IMG/VR virus record: IMGVR_UViG_3300035182_002586
Coordinates: 186,001 to 250,000 of that record
Strand: one strand, 5' to 3'
DNA length: 64,000 nt
This document shows positions 51,401 to 58,706 of the stretch, piece by piece; the first letter of the stretch is position 1, and each line of letters opens with the position of its first letter. A program made the translations under genes and the position numbers. The notes beneath the pieces were generated by a model that saw only the letters and a list, made by a program, of their open reading frames with translations, made no database searches and was not told the DNA's origin.

Positions 51401-53984
51401 ACACGTGGTCGAACGTGAGGTCGACGGGCCGTGTCCAGAAGATGGGGTTCCCGCTCGGGAACGGCCCGCCCGTGTTGTCACCGACCACGAGCTGGTTGGA
51501 AGAGATGACCGCCGTACCCGTGCCCACACGCGTCCACGGGTTTGTCGGATCCGACTCGGGGAGGACCGTCGCCTCGTAGCGAAGGAAGGTCGAATCGATC
51601 GGCCGGCTGAGCGGCGGGAAGGCGATCTTCTGGCTTGGGGAGTTGAGCAGGAGAAGGTTGGGGTCGTTCAACAGTGCCGTGTACGCGCGCTCGTAGGCGC
51701 GGTACTTCACGTCACGCTGAAGGGGGGCCGCGAGAGCCGCCTGGAAGTCATCCTTCGGATCTACTACGGTCCACGGGCTCAGTGTCGCATCGGCCGTGAG
51801 GGCGCCCACGATCGTCACGATGTTTCCACTCGTGACGCCTGCGATCACATGGTCCCCGGCGTTGACGCCGAGAGAGATCGTCAGACGCATGCCCACGTTC
51901 GCAGAGCTGAGCGACGCGCCCGGGAGCTGGAACTGCGTCGAAGAGTAGACCGCCGCGTTGATACCTGACTGAACGGTGACCGGAGGGACAAAGTTCTCAG
52001 GCCGCGTCAGAACGCACCGGTACGCGTAGGTGTGCTGCGTGAGGGGGTCCGTACGCCTACGCGAGTTCAAGGCGAACTGCGTGTTGTTCAGCGCCCGGAT
52101 TTCGACCATGGGGTCACGGACCCACGAGTAGTCGACGCGCACGTCAGCGCTGTGTGGGGGCGCCGTGGGCATTACGATCTGCCCGAGGAGCCCAATGACG
52201 TTGCTGGCTTGCGTAGGCACACCATTGATGCGGACCACCACGTCCGTGGCGTTGTCCGCGATCTGCCCGTGGCGAGGGTCGAAGAGCGTCCAGGCGAGTG
52301 TGCCTGCGGCCGGGTCGGGGAGCGAGAACGACGCCTGCACTCGAACGCGCGTTGCGGACACGACGCCGGTGACGAGGAACGTCCCACCGTTCGTAGTGCC
52401 CCCGGAGAGGCTCAGGTAATGCCCGATGGCCGTTGTGGTGAACGATGCTCCAGGGCAGGACACATCCGTGACTGAGACGACCGAAGCGCCCGTACCAGAC
52501 TGGAGAGTCAACGGGGGCTTGGCGATCGGGCCCTTGTCCACGAAGATCGAGCGAGCATCCAGGGGGACCGACCCGGAGAAGGTCCCGAGGTTGAAGCTTG
52601 CGTCGATGGGGTTGCCGGCGATGTCGTGCGGCGTACCGGACGCGTTGATCGTCAGCGTGTAGGTGCCCGCACCCATTCCGACCGTGCGGAGTAGCACCTG
52701 CGTGGGCGAGACCTGCGAGGCGCTCCGGATCTGGACGGCTGTGGGACCCGTGATCGTGTAGTCCTCGATCCGCACGATCCCTGAGTCGGCTCGCATCTCT
52801 TCGCTGAACGTCACCAGGACGAAGCCGTTGGGGAGGAACTCGACCGCCGAGAGGCGCGGATGGTCCACGACCGTGAGAAGGTTGTCGTGCCTCGTGATCG
52901 GTAGCCCGGAGACCTTCTGCTTGAGCCCTTGGTAAGTGATCGCGTAGTTGCGGTTGTTCGTGGGCTTCGTGGTCGTCAGGACCATACGCCGCACAGCCGT
53001 GGTGTGTGTCCACGTGAGGGCTGAGGTATCCGTGGCGACAAGGGTATTGTCCACCTGCACACTCGCGGGGGACAGGATCGCACTGATGCGAGCCATCACC
53101 CCGAGGTTAGGGGAGGACGCCGGACCCGTGACCTCGATGTAGTCGCCGAGGTTCTGCGAGGTGAACGACCCCGGCAGGTTCAACACGTGCGTGAAGAACG
53201 TCCCCTCGTCGGGATCGCCTACGGACCCACCAGTCCCGGAACCGATCACGTCGACTTCGGGGTAGGCGTCCACGACATCGATCGGCACCCCACCGTCCGT
53301 GGGGCGGATCACGTACTTTGTGTAATCGCACACCCCGTCATATTGAACTTGCTGCGTCAAGGGCAACAAGATCGTGTACGAGTCGAGATTGGTGGGGGCT
53401 GCCCCTTGGAGGTGCTCGGCGATCGCTACCGTCTCGTAGACGACCGCGACGTTCGAGCCGTCTTCCTCTCCAGACTCGGTGACGGTGACCGTCTCCGTGA
53501 CGATCGGGCGTGTACCCTGGCGGGTCACCAGGGCTTCGGCGACGGCGACGGACTCTGCAAGCGGGACGTTCGCGTTGCCCGTGAAGAGCGTGTAGGTGAA
53601 GCTCCCCGAGACCGTTGCAACGTCGCTGACCTCGATGTGGATCAGCAGTGGGCGGCCGTCTGCGAAGTCCGGGTGCGTGGAGATCGTGACGAGGGCGTAG
53701 GTACCCGGAGTGCCGATGGGGCCCGGGTTAGGAGCGACGTAGATCGAGCCGTTGTAGGCCCCTACGAACACGCCAGCGAGGACGGCAGGGTTGCCGTCCA
53801 CTGTCACATTAAGCGTGAAGAGGTCGAGGTCCGCGTCCGACGCAACGACGAAAGCGACCGTCGCGTTGACCGGGACCCCCGACGCATCGATGGCGGGGTC
53901 CGTGCTAACGAGCTGCGGCCCCCCAGAGGACAGGGCGTAGCCCGCGTAGGGCGTACCTCCGTAGGAGCCCTGTCCGTACGACAT
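48468..53984 (-). CDS. large virion protein with Ig-like and four ConA/LamG-like domains
   Basis: 1838 aa; four YxxxxLPE...W(T) starts and four [DE][WF]...HxYR cores. Confidence 0.7.
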   Translation of the reverse strand: MSYGQGSYGGTPYAGYALSSGGPQLVSTDPAIDASGVPVNATVAFVVASDADLDLFTLNVTVDGNPAVLAGVFVGAYNGSIYVAPNPGPIGTPGTYALVTISTHPDFADGRPLLIHIEVSDVATVSGSFTYTLFTGNANVPLAESVAVAEALVTRQGTRPIVTETVTVTESGEEDGSNVAVVYETVAIAEHLQGAAPTNLDSYTILLPLTQQVQYDGVCDYTKYVIRPTDGGVPIDVVDAYPEVDVIGSGTGGSVGDPDEGTFFTHVLNLPGSFTSQNLGDYIEVTGPASSPNLGVMARISAILSPASVQVDNTLVATDTSALTWTHTTAVRRMVLTTTKPTNNRNYAITYQGLKQKVSGLPITRHDNLLTVVDHPRLSAVEFLPNGFVLVTFSEEMRADSGIVRIEDYTITGPTAVQIRSASQVSPTQVLLRTVGMGAGTYTLTINASGTPHDIAGNPIDASFNLGTFSGSVPLDARSIFVDKGPIAKPPLTLQSGTGASVVSVTDVSCPGASFTTTAIGHYLSLSGGTTNGGTFLVTGVVSATRVRVQASFSLPDPAAGTLAWTLFDPRHGQIADNATDVVVRINGVPTQASNVIGLLGQIVMPTAPPHSADVRVDYSWVRDPMVEIRALNNTQFALNSRRRTDPLTQHTYAYRCVLTRPENFVPPVTVQSGINAAVYSSTQFQLPGASLSSANVGMRLTISLGVNAGDHVIAGVTSGNIVTIVGALTADATLSPWTVVDPKDDFQAALAAPLQRDVKYRAYERAYTALLNDPNLLLLNSPSQKIAFPPLSRPIDSTFLRYEATVLPESDPTNPWTRVGTGTAVISSNQLVVGDNTGGPFPSGNPIFWTRPVDLTFDHVFAAAWRCLINADPIPQGVFTGVAVGYSDDLRAAIVGFLDDGGVKKIGFLKKGYGNDPSDISAWSGGIDGSGNATGAPFEFDWSILHSYRIYRDLSGILRLYVDGEVVESLRLVEADLPFLEELDDPFLALQGVFFGSISRPAENTSTWSFLSYTVLPTNPTQTAPSSFVSYEATQPPEESTPPWTPIGYHGNETIIGSSVLLVDSTSATTEATEALVGLVGGDFRGYMKIEPLLIASSDVVLDIGAQLRTFTHGIAPNAMMAAIDDGDRLIQLCFFPDHASSKYSYGGRCLPENATPTAWTPMGTATATMVGRTLRITDALVGSGKVYYVDDTNLPHVVATSGSYIMEIRVQVRSYTVDGTGFAGITAQTYDLGRSVGILLQDVSGTRYVTFHSDGVPLLGGQFAFEWFDGKPHTYRFVVVPGSNVVSVFADAVLLGTMPYTSFSIPAPVANGVISWGSATSSSTGALSVVDWFYANAWQVYSNPKRFAGIWKGTSTGTLVDYHLPTKTQGRNALVIGNALGDGAADFVAAGVVAGDYLIVDDGPNKGVYLIASVASMALTVDVSTPFPVQPSRVTYRIPAQVDWSIQHTYRLVRDPGGGVALFLDGAAAPIIQLGYNNLDLPSSLAGIVRKISGGLPAIAFGAFDPTNLSQSSWDFVRFGIVRSPVELRTVPPHQILNQRNTISSPEHLTAMVAHPHTGFWSSSTGIPPQTAPDFLQDATIAAYTRLNQGTPPMLLTQTSEVRHPVPTLVPISGLNRPEDVLNNNGPFILNNATSQIRLIVPDDVLYNSLQLVETITGDSDILAPFDDSFSDLGTLSYQNRVCLVYDGTALPENTLSPTPWTIQSDNPSEVSRSAFAGVLTYGTLGVGTKTAYRNMTPLPDAPGLQTQILFRIRLLNDASGGLGDSQVRFGFSAPGLTFGLGLVTVVTGERYVLVYDMNSLTIVGGLPFDFLDGLFHDYRIVRDPSAGTVQLFIDS

Positions 53985-53987
53985 GGA

Positions 53988-54338
53988 TCAGCTCTTCGCT
54001 TCGGGCTTCTTCGAGGGAGCGTCGGTGACGGCGCGGAGGAAGTCCGTGACCTGCACCACGAGGACGGGAGCGTACGGCGACGAGGGCTCCTTGATGACGC
54101 CCGAGAGCCGCTCCCACTCGGCATCCGAGAGATCGACGACGGCGCCCGAGGCCCACTCGACATCCTTGAACTTCTGCCGGATGTCCGATGCGACGAAGAT
54201 GTCGGCGGCCGTCTTCCCCCACTTGAGGTCCATGAGCATCTGGCCCATGAACTCCTTGAAGGTGTAGGTGCGGTCCGTCACCTCGTCGGTCATGAGGTCA
54301 CGGAGGCGGATGGGGGCGGGGATCTGGATGTATCTCAT
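53988..54338 (-). CDS. small helical protein, possible fibre-assembly chaperone
   Basis: ATG 54338 with AGGAG upstream; VDLSDAEWERL motif. Confidence 0.6.
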   Translation of the reverse strand: MRYIQIPAPIRLRDLMTDEVTDRTYTFKEFMGQMLMDLKWGKTAADIFVASDIRQKFKDVEWASGAVVDLSDAEWERLSGVIKEPSSPYAPVLVVQVTDFLRAVTDAPSKKPEAKS

Positions 54339-54378
54339 CTGGGTCTGGCTCCTGCTAGAGGGCTCGAAACGTCCTGGC

Positions 54379-54385
54379 GATAAGA
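54379..54385 (-). promoter_or_regulatory. putative late-promoter motif TCTTATC
   Basis: In the gap upstream of ATG 54338. Confidence 0.45.
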
Positions 54386-54390
54386 AGAAG

Positions 54391-54993
54391 CTAGGTGGTG
54401 ACCTCCCACACGGAATCCACCTGGATATCCGTGAGCGGAGACACACCGCAGCGGGCTCCTGAGTAGAGCACCCCCGTGCTGTCGGGTGCTCCCGTGACGA
54501 TCCACGTCCTGTATGTGAGCGTCCCGCAGTCGATGTCACGGGCTCGCATCTTGTAGTACGTGACGACGTTCGACGCAGGGGGGATGATGACCGAGGCGCC
54601 GCCGCTGGAGAACTTGGCAAGCGCCTGCGTCTTCATCGTCCAGACGTGTCGAGTGTCTCTCCATGGGGACGTGAGCATCGACAACGACACCGTGTGTGTG
54701 CTGTGGCTTGGGTTCGCCATGTCGTACTGACGCGAGGCAGTAGCCGTCGAGCCGGCAGGGACCCGTTCTTGCCTCGTGCCGGAACGAACGATGGGGGTCA
54801 GCATCAACGTGATGTTAGAGTCCCTGTCCGTTATCCCCCACCCACGGGTGACGAAAGTGTGCTGACGGACAGCACCCCCATAGGCCCCCGAGCCCTTGTC
54901 CATAGAACGGGGGTTCGTAGGCTGACCTGCGATGGTACGGCCCGCTTGTACGCAGCACCGAAGAGTCGTTGCACCACGATCGACTGAGGCCAC
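54391..54993 (-). CDS. hypothetical protein with C-terminal YxKMRA domain
   Basis: C-terminal YYKMRARD...LTYRTWIVTGAPD..G..Y.G...WE matches 58514-58699. Confidence 0.6.
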   Translation of the reverse strand: MASVDRGATTLRCCVQAGRTIAGQPTNPRSMDKGSGAYGGAVRQHTFVTRGWGITDRDSNITLMLTPIVRSGTRQERVPAGSTATASRQYDMANPSHSTHTVSLSMLTSPWRDTRHVWTMKTQALAKFSSGGASVIIPPASNVVTYYKMRARDIDCGTLTYRTWIVTGAPDSTGVLYSGARCGVSPLTDIQVDSVWEVTT

Positions 54994-55004
54994 GTTTCAC
55001 CCCC

Positions 55005-56786
55005 TCAGTAGAACTGGTTGCTGGACAGTGGAAGCGTCGATTGATCCCACGGGCCCAACAGGTAGGGCATCCCGTCAGAATTGGCGTTCGTGCTCTGCCA
55101 GTGGTTCCTGAACTGGACCCAACGTTTACCGTCCCATGTGTCATTACACTGAGCGCCGCAAGCCAGGTAGATCCACCGGTATGTACCCTTACGAAGTCGG
55201 GAACCCTGGTTTGGGGATGTGACCCAGATGGGTTCTCGGAGAAGTGCTTGAACGTACGTGGACTGAGTTTTCTCGGGGTCCGTCAGAGAGTAGCCCCACG
55301 AGTTCATCAGTGTGACGGGGCCACCGTTGTATGCCGTCCCTGGACGAAGTATTGCCGGCAAACAGACTGCGATGTTCTCGTTGGAACCAAGGCCACGGCG
55401 ACGAGTGGCTTTCATGTTGTACCGATCCGTTCGGATGTTGATGGACCCGAACGCAAAGCTGTAGTGGTCGGTAGTGTCTCCTTGCAGCCCTGTCTTGGTA
55501 TAGGAGGCGTTTTGTGTGCTGAACGACGTGTTAGTGTGCCCACCCGTCCAACAAGCGTAGGGATCAACGTCCCCCTCTTCGGTGTCGTCAAGACGCTGGA
55601 AGTAGAATCCCGCGTAGTCAACAGACGAGAAGCTGACCATGTTCATGGCGATGATCCAAGAACCGTCCCCACTCTGCCCGGGACGTTCGATCGCGTTCGC
55701 GCACATGACATGGGAGTTTCCCGTCGCAGAAGACTGAAACTGGTTGGAAGGGTCCCACCAGCTCGACGTCCCGCCCCCAAGGGCACCATACATCCCAAAG
55801 ACTCCTGTGCTAGGCACAGCAGCCTGTGTGTTCCCGGTGCCCCCAAGGCACGGACCCACGGTCGCCGTGCAACCAGCGGCGTTGGCTGCGAGGTAGGAGA
55901 AGCGTTGCGCGTTCTCTGTGAGCACGGAGAGGCGTTGGTAGAACCAGTGCCCGCGACGATTGGCGTCTGTGGAGTCGCGGGCGAACACCATCTCGCACAC
56001 GAACTCTTCGATCGTGCCTGTAGGCGTCAGCGTTGCGCTGGTCGAGGCTCCGGTGATCACGTCTGTGTTCGACCAGCCTCGGGCACCGGCTCCGGAACCT
56101 GTGTGTCGCGGGAGAATGACTGCGTACCCCACGCCAGAGGTCGGGTCGTAGGTCACCCCCAGAAGCTCACCCTCGGCGTTCGAGTTGGCTTGCGTGACCT
56201 TCTCGCCACGCAAGAACGTCCCTACCGGGAAGGTCGAGAGCGGGACCTTGAGCGTGCTCGGGCCCTGCATGCAGATCCACGAGGCGTTACCGATGGTGAC
56301 GGTGTTGTTGGCGTTGGTGTTTACGATGTCGAGCGTGGGATCTCGCTCCGTCCAGGAGATGGACCCCGAGGTTTCCACGGTGGACCCCGCCGCGTTACGG
56401 ATGATGCACGAAGTCGCCGAGAGCACCTGGACAATCTGAAACGTCCCGTTGTTCCCAGACGTATTCGCGCCCGTGATGGTCAAGAACCTGCCTTCGCTCC
56501 CACCGAAAGCCGCCGTCGAGAGACCTGACAACCCGGTGAGGGTCAGCAGGTCGTTGTTCATCGTCGTGAAGTTCGTTCCCGCGATGGTGCCGTTGTTCGT
56601 GATGACGCCGATGCCCCACTTGTCGTTCTGAGGTAGGCCGCTCGTGTCCTTGTTGGTGCCGTCAGACGACGCCTTGACGATCCACCCTGCCTTCTTCATG
56701 GCGCGCGTGAGCTTCCACACTGCCTGGAAGTAGTAGCAGTTGAACGTATCGGGCGGGGGGATGTTCGGAACAACGACGTGAGCCAT
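55005..56786 (-). CDS. putative tail-fibre/receptor-binding protein, paralogue B
   Basis: 593 aa, colinear with 56793-58514 (VWKLT.A..KAGW, GGSEGRFLTI, ANAIER.GQS.DGS, RKGT.RW, GPWDQST). Confidence 0.65.
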   Translation of the reverse strand: MAHVVVPNIPPPDTFNCYYFQAVWKLTRAMKKAGWIVKASSDGTNKDTSGLPQNDKWGIGVITNNGTIAGTNFTTMNNDLLTLTGLSGLSTAAFGGSEGRFLTITGANTSGNNGTFQIVQVLSATSCIIRNAAGSTVETSGSISWTERDPTLDIVNTNANNTVTIGNASWICMQGPSTLKVPLSTFPVGTFLRGEKVTQANSNAEGELLGVTYDPTSGVGYAVILPRHTGSGAGARGWSNTDVITGASTSATLTPTGTIEEFVCEMVFARDSTDANRRGHWFYQRLSVLTENAQRFSYLAANAAGCTATVGPCLGGTGNTQAAVPSTGVFGMYGALGGGTSSWWDPSNQFQSSATGNSHVMCANAIERPGQSGDGSWIIAMNMVSFSSVDYAGFYFQRLDDTEEGDVDPYACWTGGHTNTSFSTQNASYTKTGLQGDTTDHYSFAFGSINIRTDRYNMKATRRRGLGSNENIAVCLPAILRPGTAYNGGPVTLMNSWGYSLTDPEKTQSTYVQALLREPIWVTSPNQGSRLRKGTYRWIYLACGAQCNDTWDGKRWVQFRNHWQSTNANSDGMPYLLGPWDQSTLPLSSNQFY

Positions 56787-56792
56787 GTCTCC

Positions 56793-58514
56793 TCACTGAA
56801 CCGGAGCGGTGGATTGGTCCCAAGGACCGAAGCAAACGGCCTGATCGTAGAGCGTTGTACCGGTAGTATCCAACGTGACCCACTTCTTCGAGTCGTATGT
56901 GTCAAATGCCGTAGATCCACAGAGAGACCGGCACCAGCGAAGGGTCCCTTTTCGGATCTTCATGTTCGCAACTTCGGTCACAACCCAGACGGGCTCTGTC
57001 ACCGCAACGGTGTTGACTGCGTTTGCGACCTTTTCGGGGTCTGTAGTGGGAGTCGAGTTCAACAGGCTAGCTAGCCCAGACCCGTGCCCCCACGCGAGCG
57101 TTGCGGCGAGCATATCGACGAAGCCGTCACCGGAGAGCCCTCTTTTACGCCAACCCGTGAAAGCTCCACGGGCACCATTGCTAAGGTTACCCATCCGCCA
57201 CGAGATGTCGTTGTCGATGACACCGACCTCTGTGGTTCGACTGCGTGTCCCGATGCTGACGGAGGACGTGAGGGTACACCATGCGAACGGGTTGACATCT
57301 CCCTCCTCACTGTCATCGCAGCGCATGAAGAAGAACCCCCCGTTTGCACGGGCACCGTTGCCGCTACCAGTGCAACCGACGCTCCACATGAAGCTGCCGT
57401 CCGCACTCTGTCCGGTGCGCTCGATCGCGTTGGCAACCATAATCTGAGCGTTGCCGAATGGGCCCGCAGCAGTGTAGTTCGTGCGATGCCAGTATTGCCC
57501 GAGCGTCGTTCCTCCAGTGCCACTCGGGGCCCAAGTGCCCACAGAGGGGAACGTGTTACTCGTTCCACCTCCACCGGGGCACACGGCTGCCGTACAGCCT
57601 GCGGAACCCGCCAACGTGGAGAACAACGAGGTGCTCTCCCCCACGATGTCCACGCACTGGTGGAAGATGTTCCCCGCTCGATAACGGTCCGAGTTGCTGT
57701 TCTGACTGAACACCGTCTCCTGAACATACTCAACGATCGTCCCATTTGGGTTGACCGTTGCCCCGCTCGTCGAGCCTGTGATGACATAGGTGGAGGTGCC
57801 GTCCTGGTGCCAGCCACGTCGGCTCGCGCCCGATCCCGTCACCCGAGGCATGACCACGAGATAGCCCGTACTGGTCCCATCCCAGGTGATGCCTACAAGC
57901 TCCCCCTCTGCACCGGTCGTAGCTTGCGTAATGGTCTCCCCACGAAAGAACGAGCCCGATGCTGCGACCGTGATCGGGATCTTGAGAACACTCGGCCCAC
58001 GAAGAAGAATCCACGACCCGTTGCCGAACGATGGGTAGGAGACACCCGTGATGGGGTCTTTCTCAGCCCAAGTGAGGCCAACCGTACCGTTGTTGGCATC
58101 GCCTGCGACGCCAGAGGCGTTCCGAATCCAGCAGCTCGTCGCGCTGACAACGTTGACGATCTGGAACGTCCCGTTGTTACCACCAGAAGCCGCTCCGGCG
58201 ATGGTCAGGAAACGCCCCTCTGAGCCACCCTGGTTGCTCGGCGTGGGGCTGACGAGACCCGTGAGTCCCGTGAGCAAGAGGTCGTCCCCGGTCTTTGTGG
58301 TGATGGAGAAGCTGTTGCCGGTCTGCCCCCCAACGGCTGCGGGGGCGCCCCAGAGGCAGCTTGTGATAGCGGCGGAGGTGTCCTTCGACGTGCCGTTGCC
58401 CGACGCACGGTAGAGCCACCCTGCCTTGATGAGGGCGAGGGTGAGCTTCCAAACACCGTTGGTCGTCTCGGTGTTTGCAGAGAGGGTGTAGTTGGGGATC
58501 GTGACATTCGCCAT
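56793..58514 (-). CDS. putative tail-fibre/receptor-binding protein, paralogue A
   Basis: ATG 58514 (MANVTIPN) aligns with the paralogue start MAHVVVPN and overlaps the upstream TAA. Confidence 0.65.
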   Translation of the reverse strand: MANVTIPNYTLSANTETTNGVWKLTLALIKAGWLYRASGNGTSKDTSAAITSCLWGAPAAVGGQTGNSFSITTKTGDDLLLTGLTGLVSPTPSNQGGSEGRFLTIAGAASGGNNGTFQIVNVVSATSCWIRNASGVAGDANNGTVGLTWAEKDPITGVSYPSFGNGSWILLRGPSVLKIPITVAASGSFFRGETITQATTGAEGELVGITWDGTSTGYLVVMPRVTGSGASRRGWHQDGTSTYVITGSTSGATVNPNGTIVEYVQETVFSQNSNSDRYRAGNIFHQCVDIVGESTSLFSTLAGSAGCTAAVCPGGGGTSNTFPSVGTWAPSGTGGTTLGQYWHRTNYTAAGPFGNAQIMVANAIERTGQSADGSFMWSVGCTGSGNGARANGGFFFMRCDDSEEGDVNPFAWCTLTSSVSIGTRSRTTEVGVIDNDISWRMGNLSNGARGAFTGWRKRGLSGDGFVDMLAATLAWGHGSGLASLLNSTPTTDPEKVANAVNTVAVTEPVWVVTEVANMKIRKGTLRWCRSLCGSTAFDTYDSKKWVTLDTTGTTLYDQAVCFGPWDQSTAPVQ

Positions 58515-58699
58515 TAGGAACGGGTCTCCCACTTCGAGGCCACGACGATCTCTTGCAGATTGGGGTGTTCCCCCACGAAAGGTCCTTGGTAGTACCGTCC
58601 GTCTACGTCCGGTTGACCCACGACGGTCCAGTGCCGCCACGTCAGTTCAGCAGCATTCCCGTCTTTTGCTCGCATCTTGAAGTACTTGGTGGCCGCCAT
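58514..58699 (-). CDS. small YxKMRA-domain protein (61 aa)
   Basis: GAGG SD; homologous to the C-terminus of 54391-54993. Confidence 0.7.
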   Translation of the reverse strand: MAATKYFKMRAKDGNAAELTWRHWTVVGQPDVDGRYYQGPFVGEHPNLQEIVVASKWETRS

Positions 58700-58706
58700 C
58701 GGTGCC

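Noticed and set aside
54391-58699. Paralogous fibres as a DGR or invertase shufflon
   Set aside because: Both are full-length and co-oriented, differences are not adenine-specific, and no RT, invertase or crossover repeats are visible.
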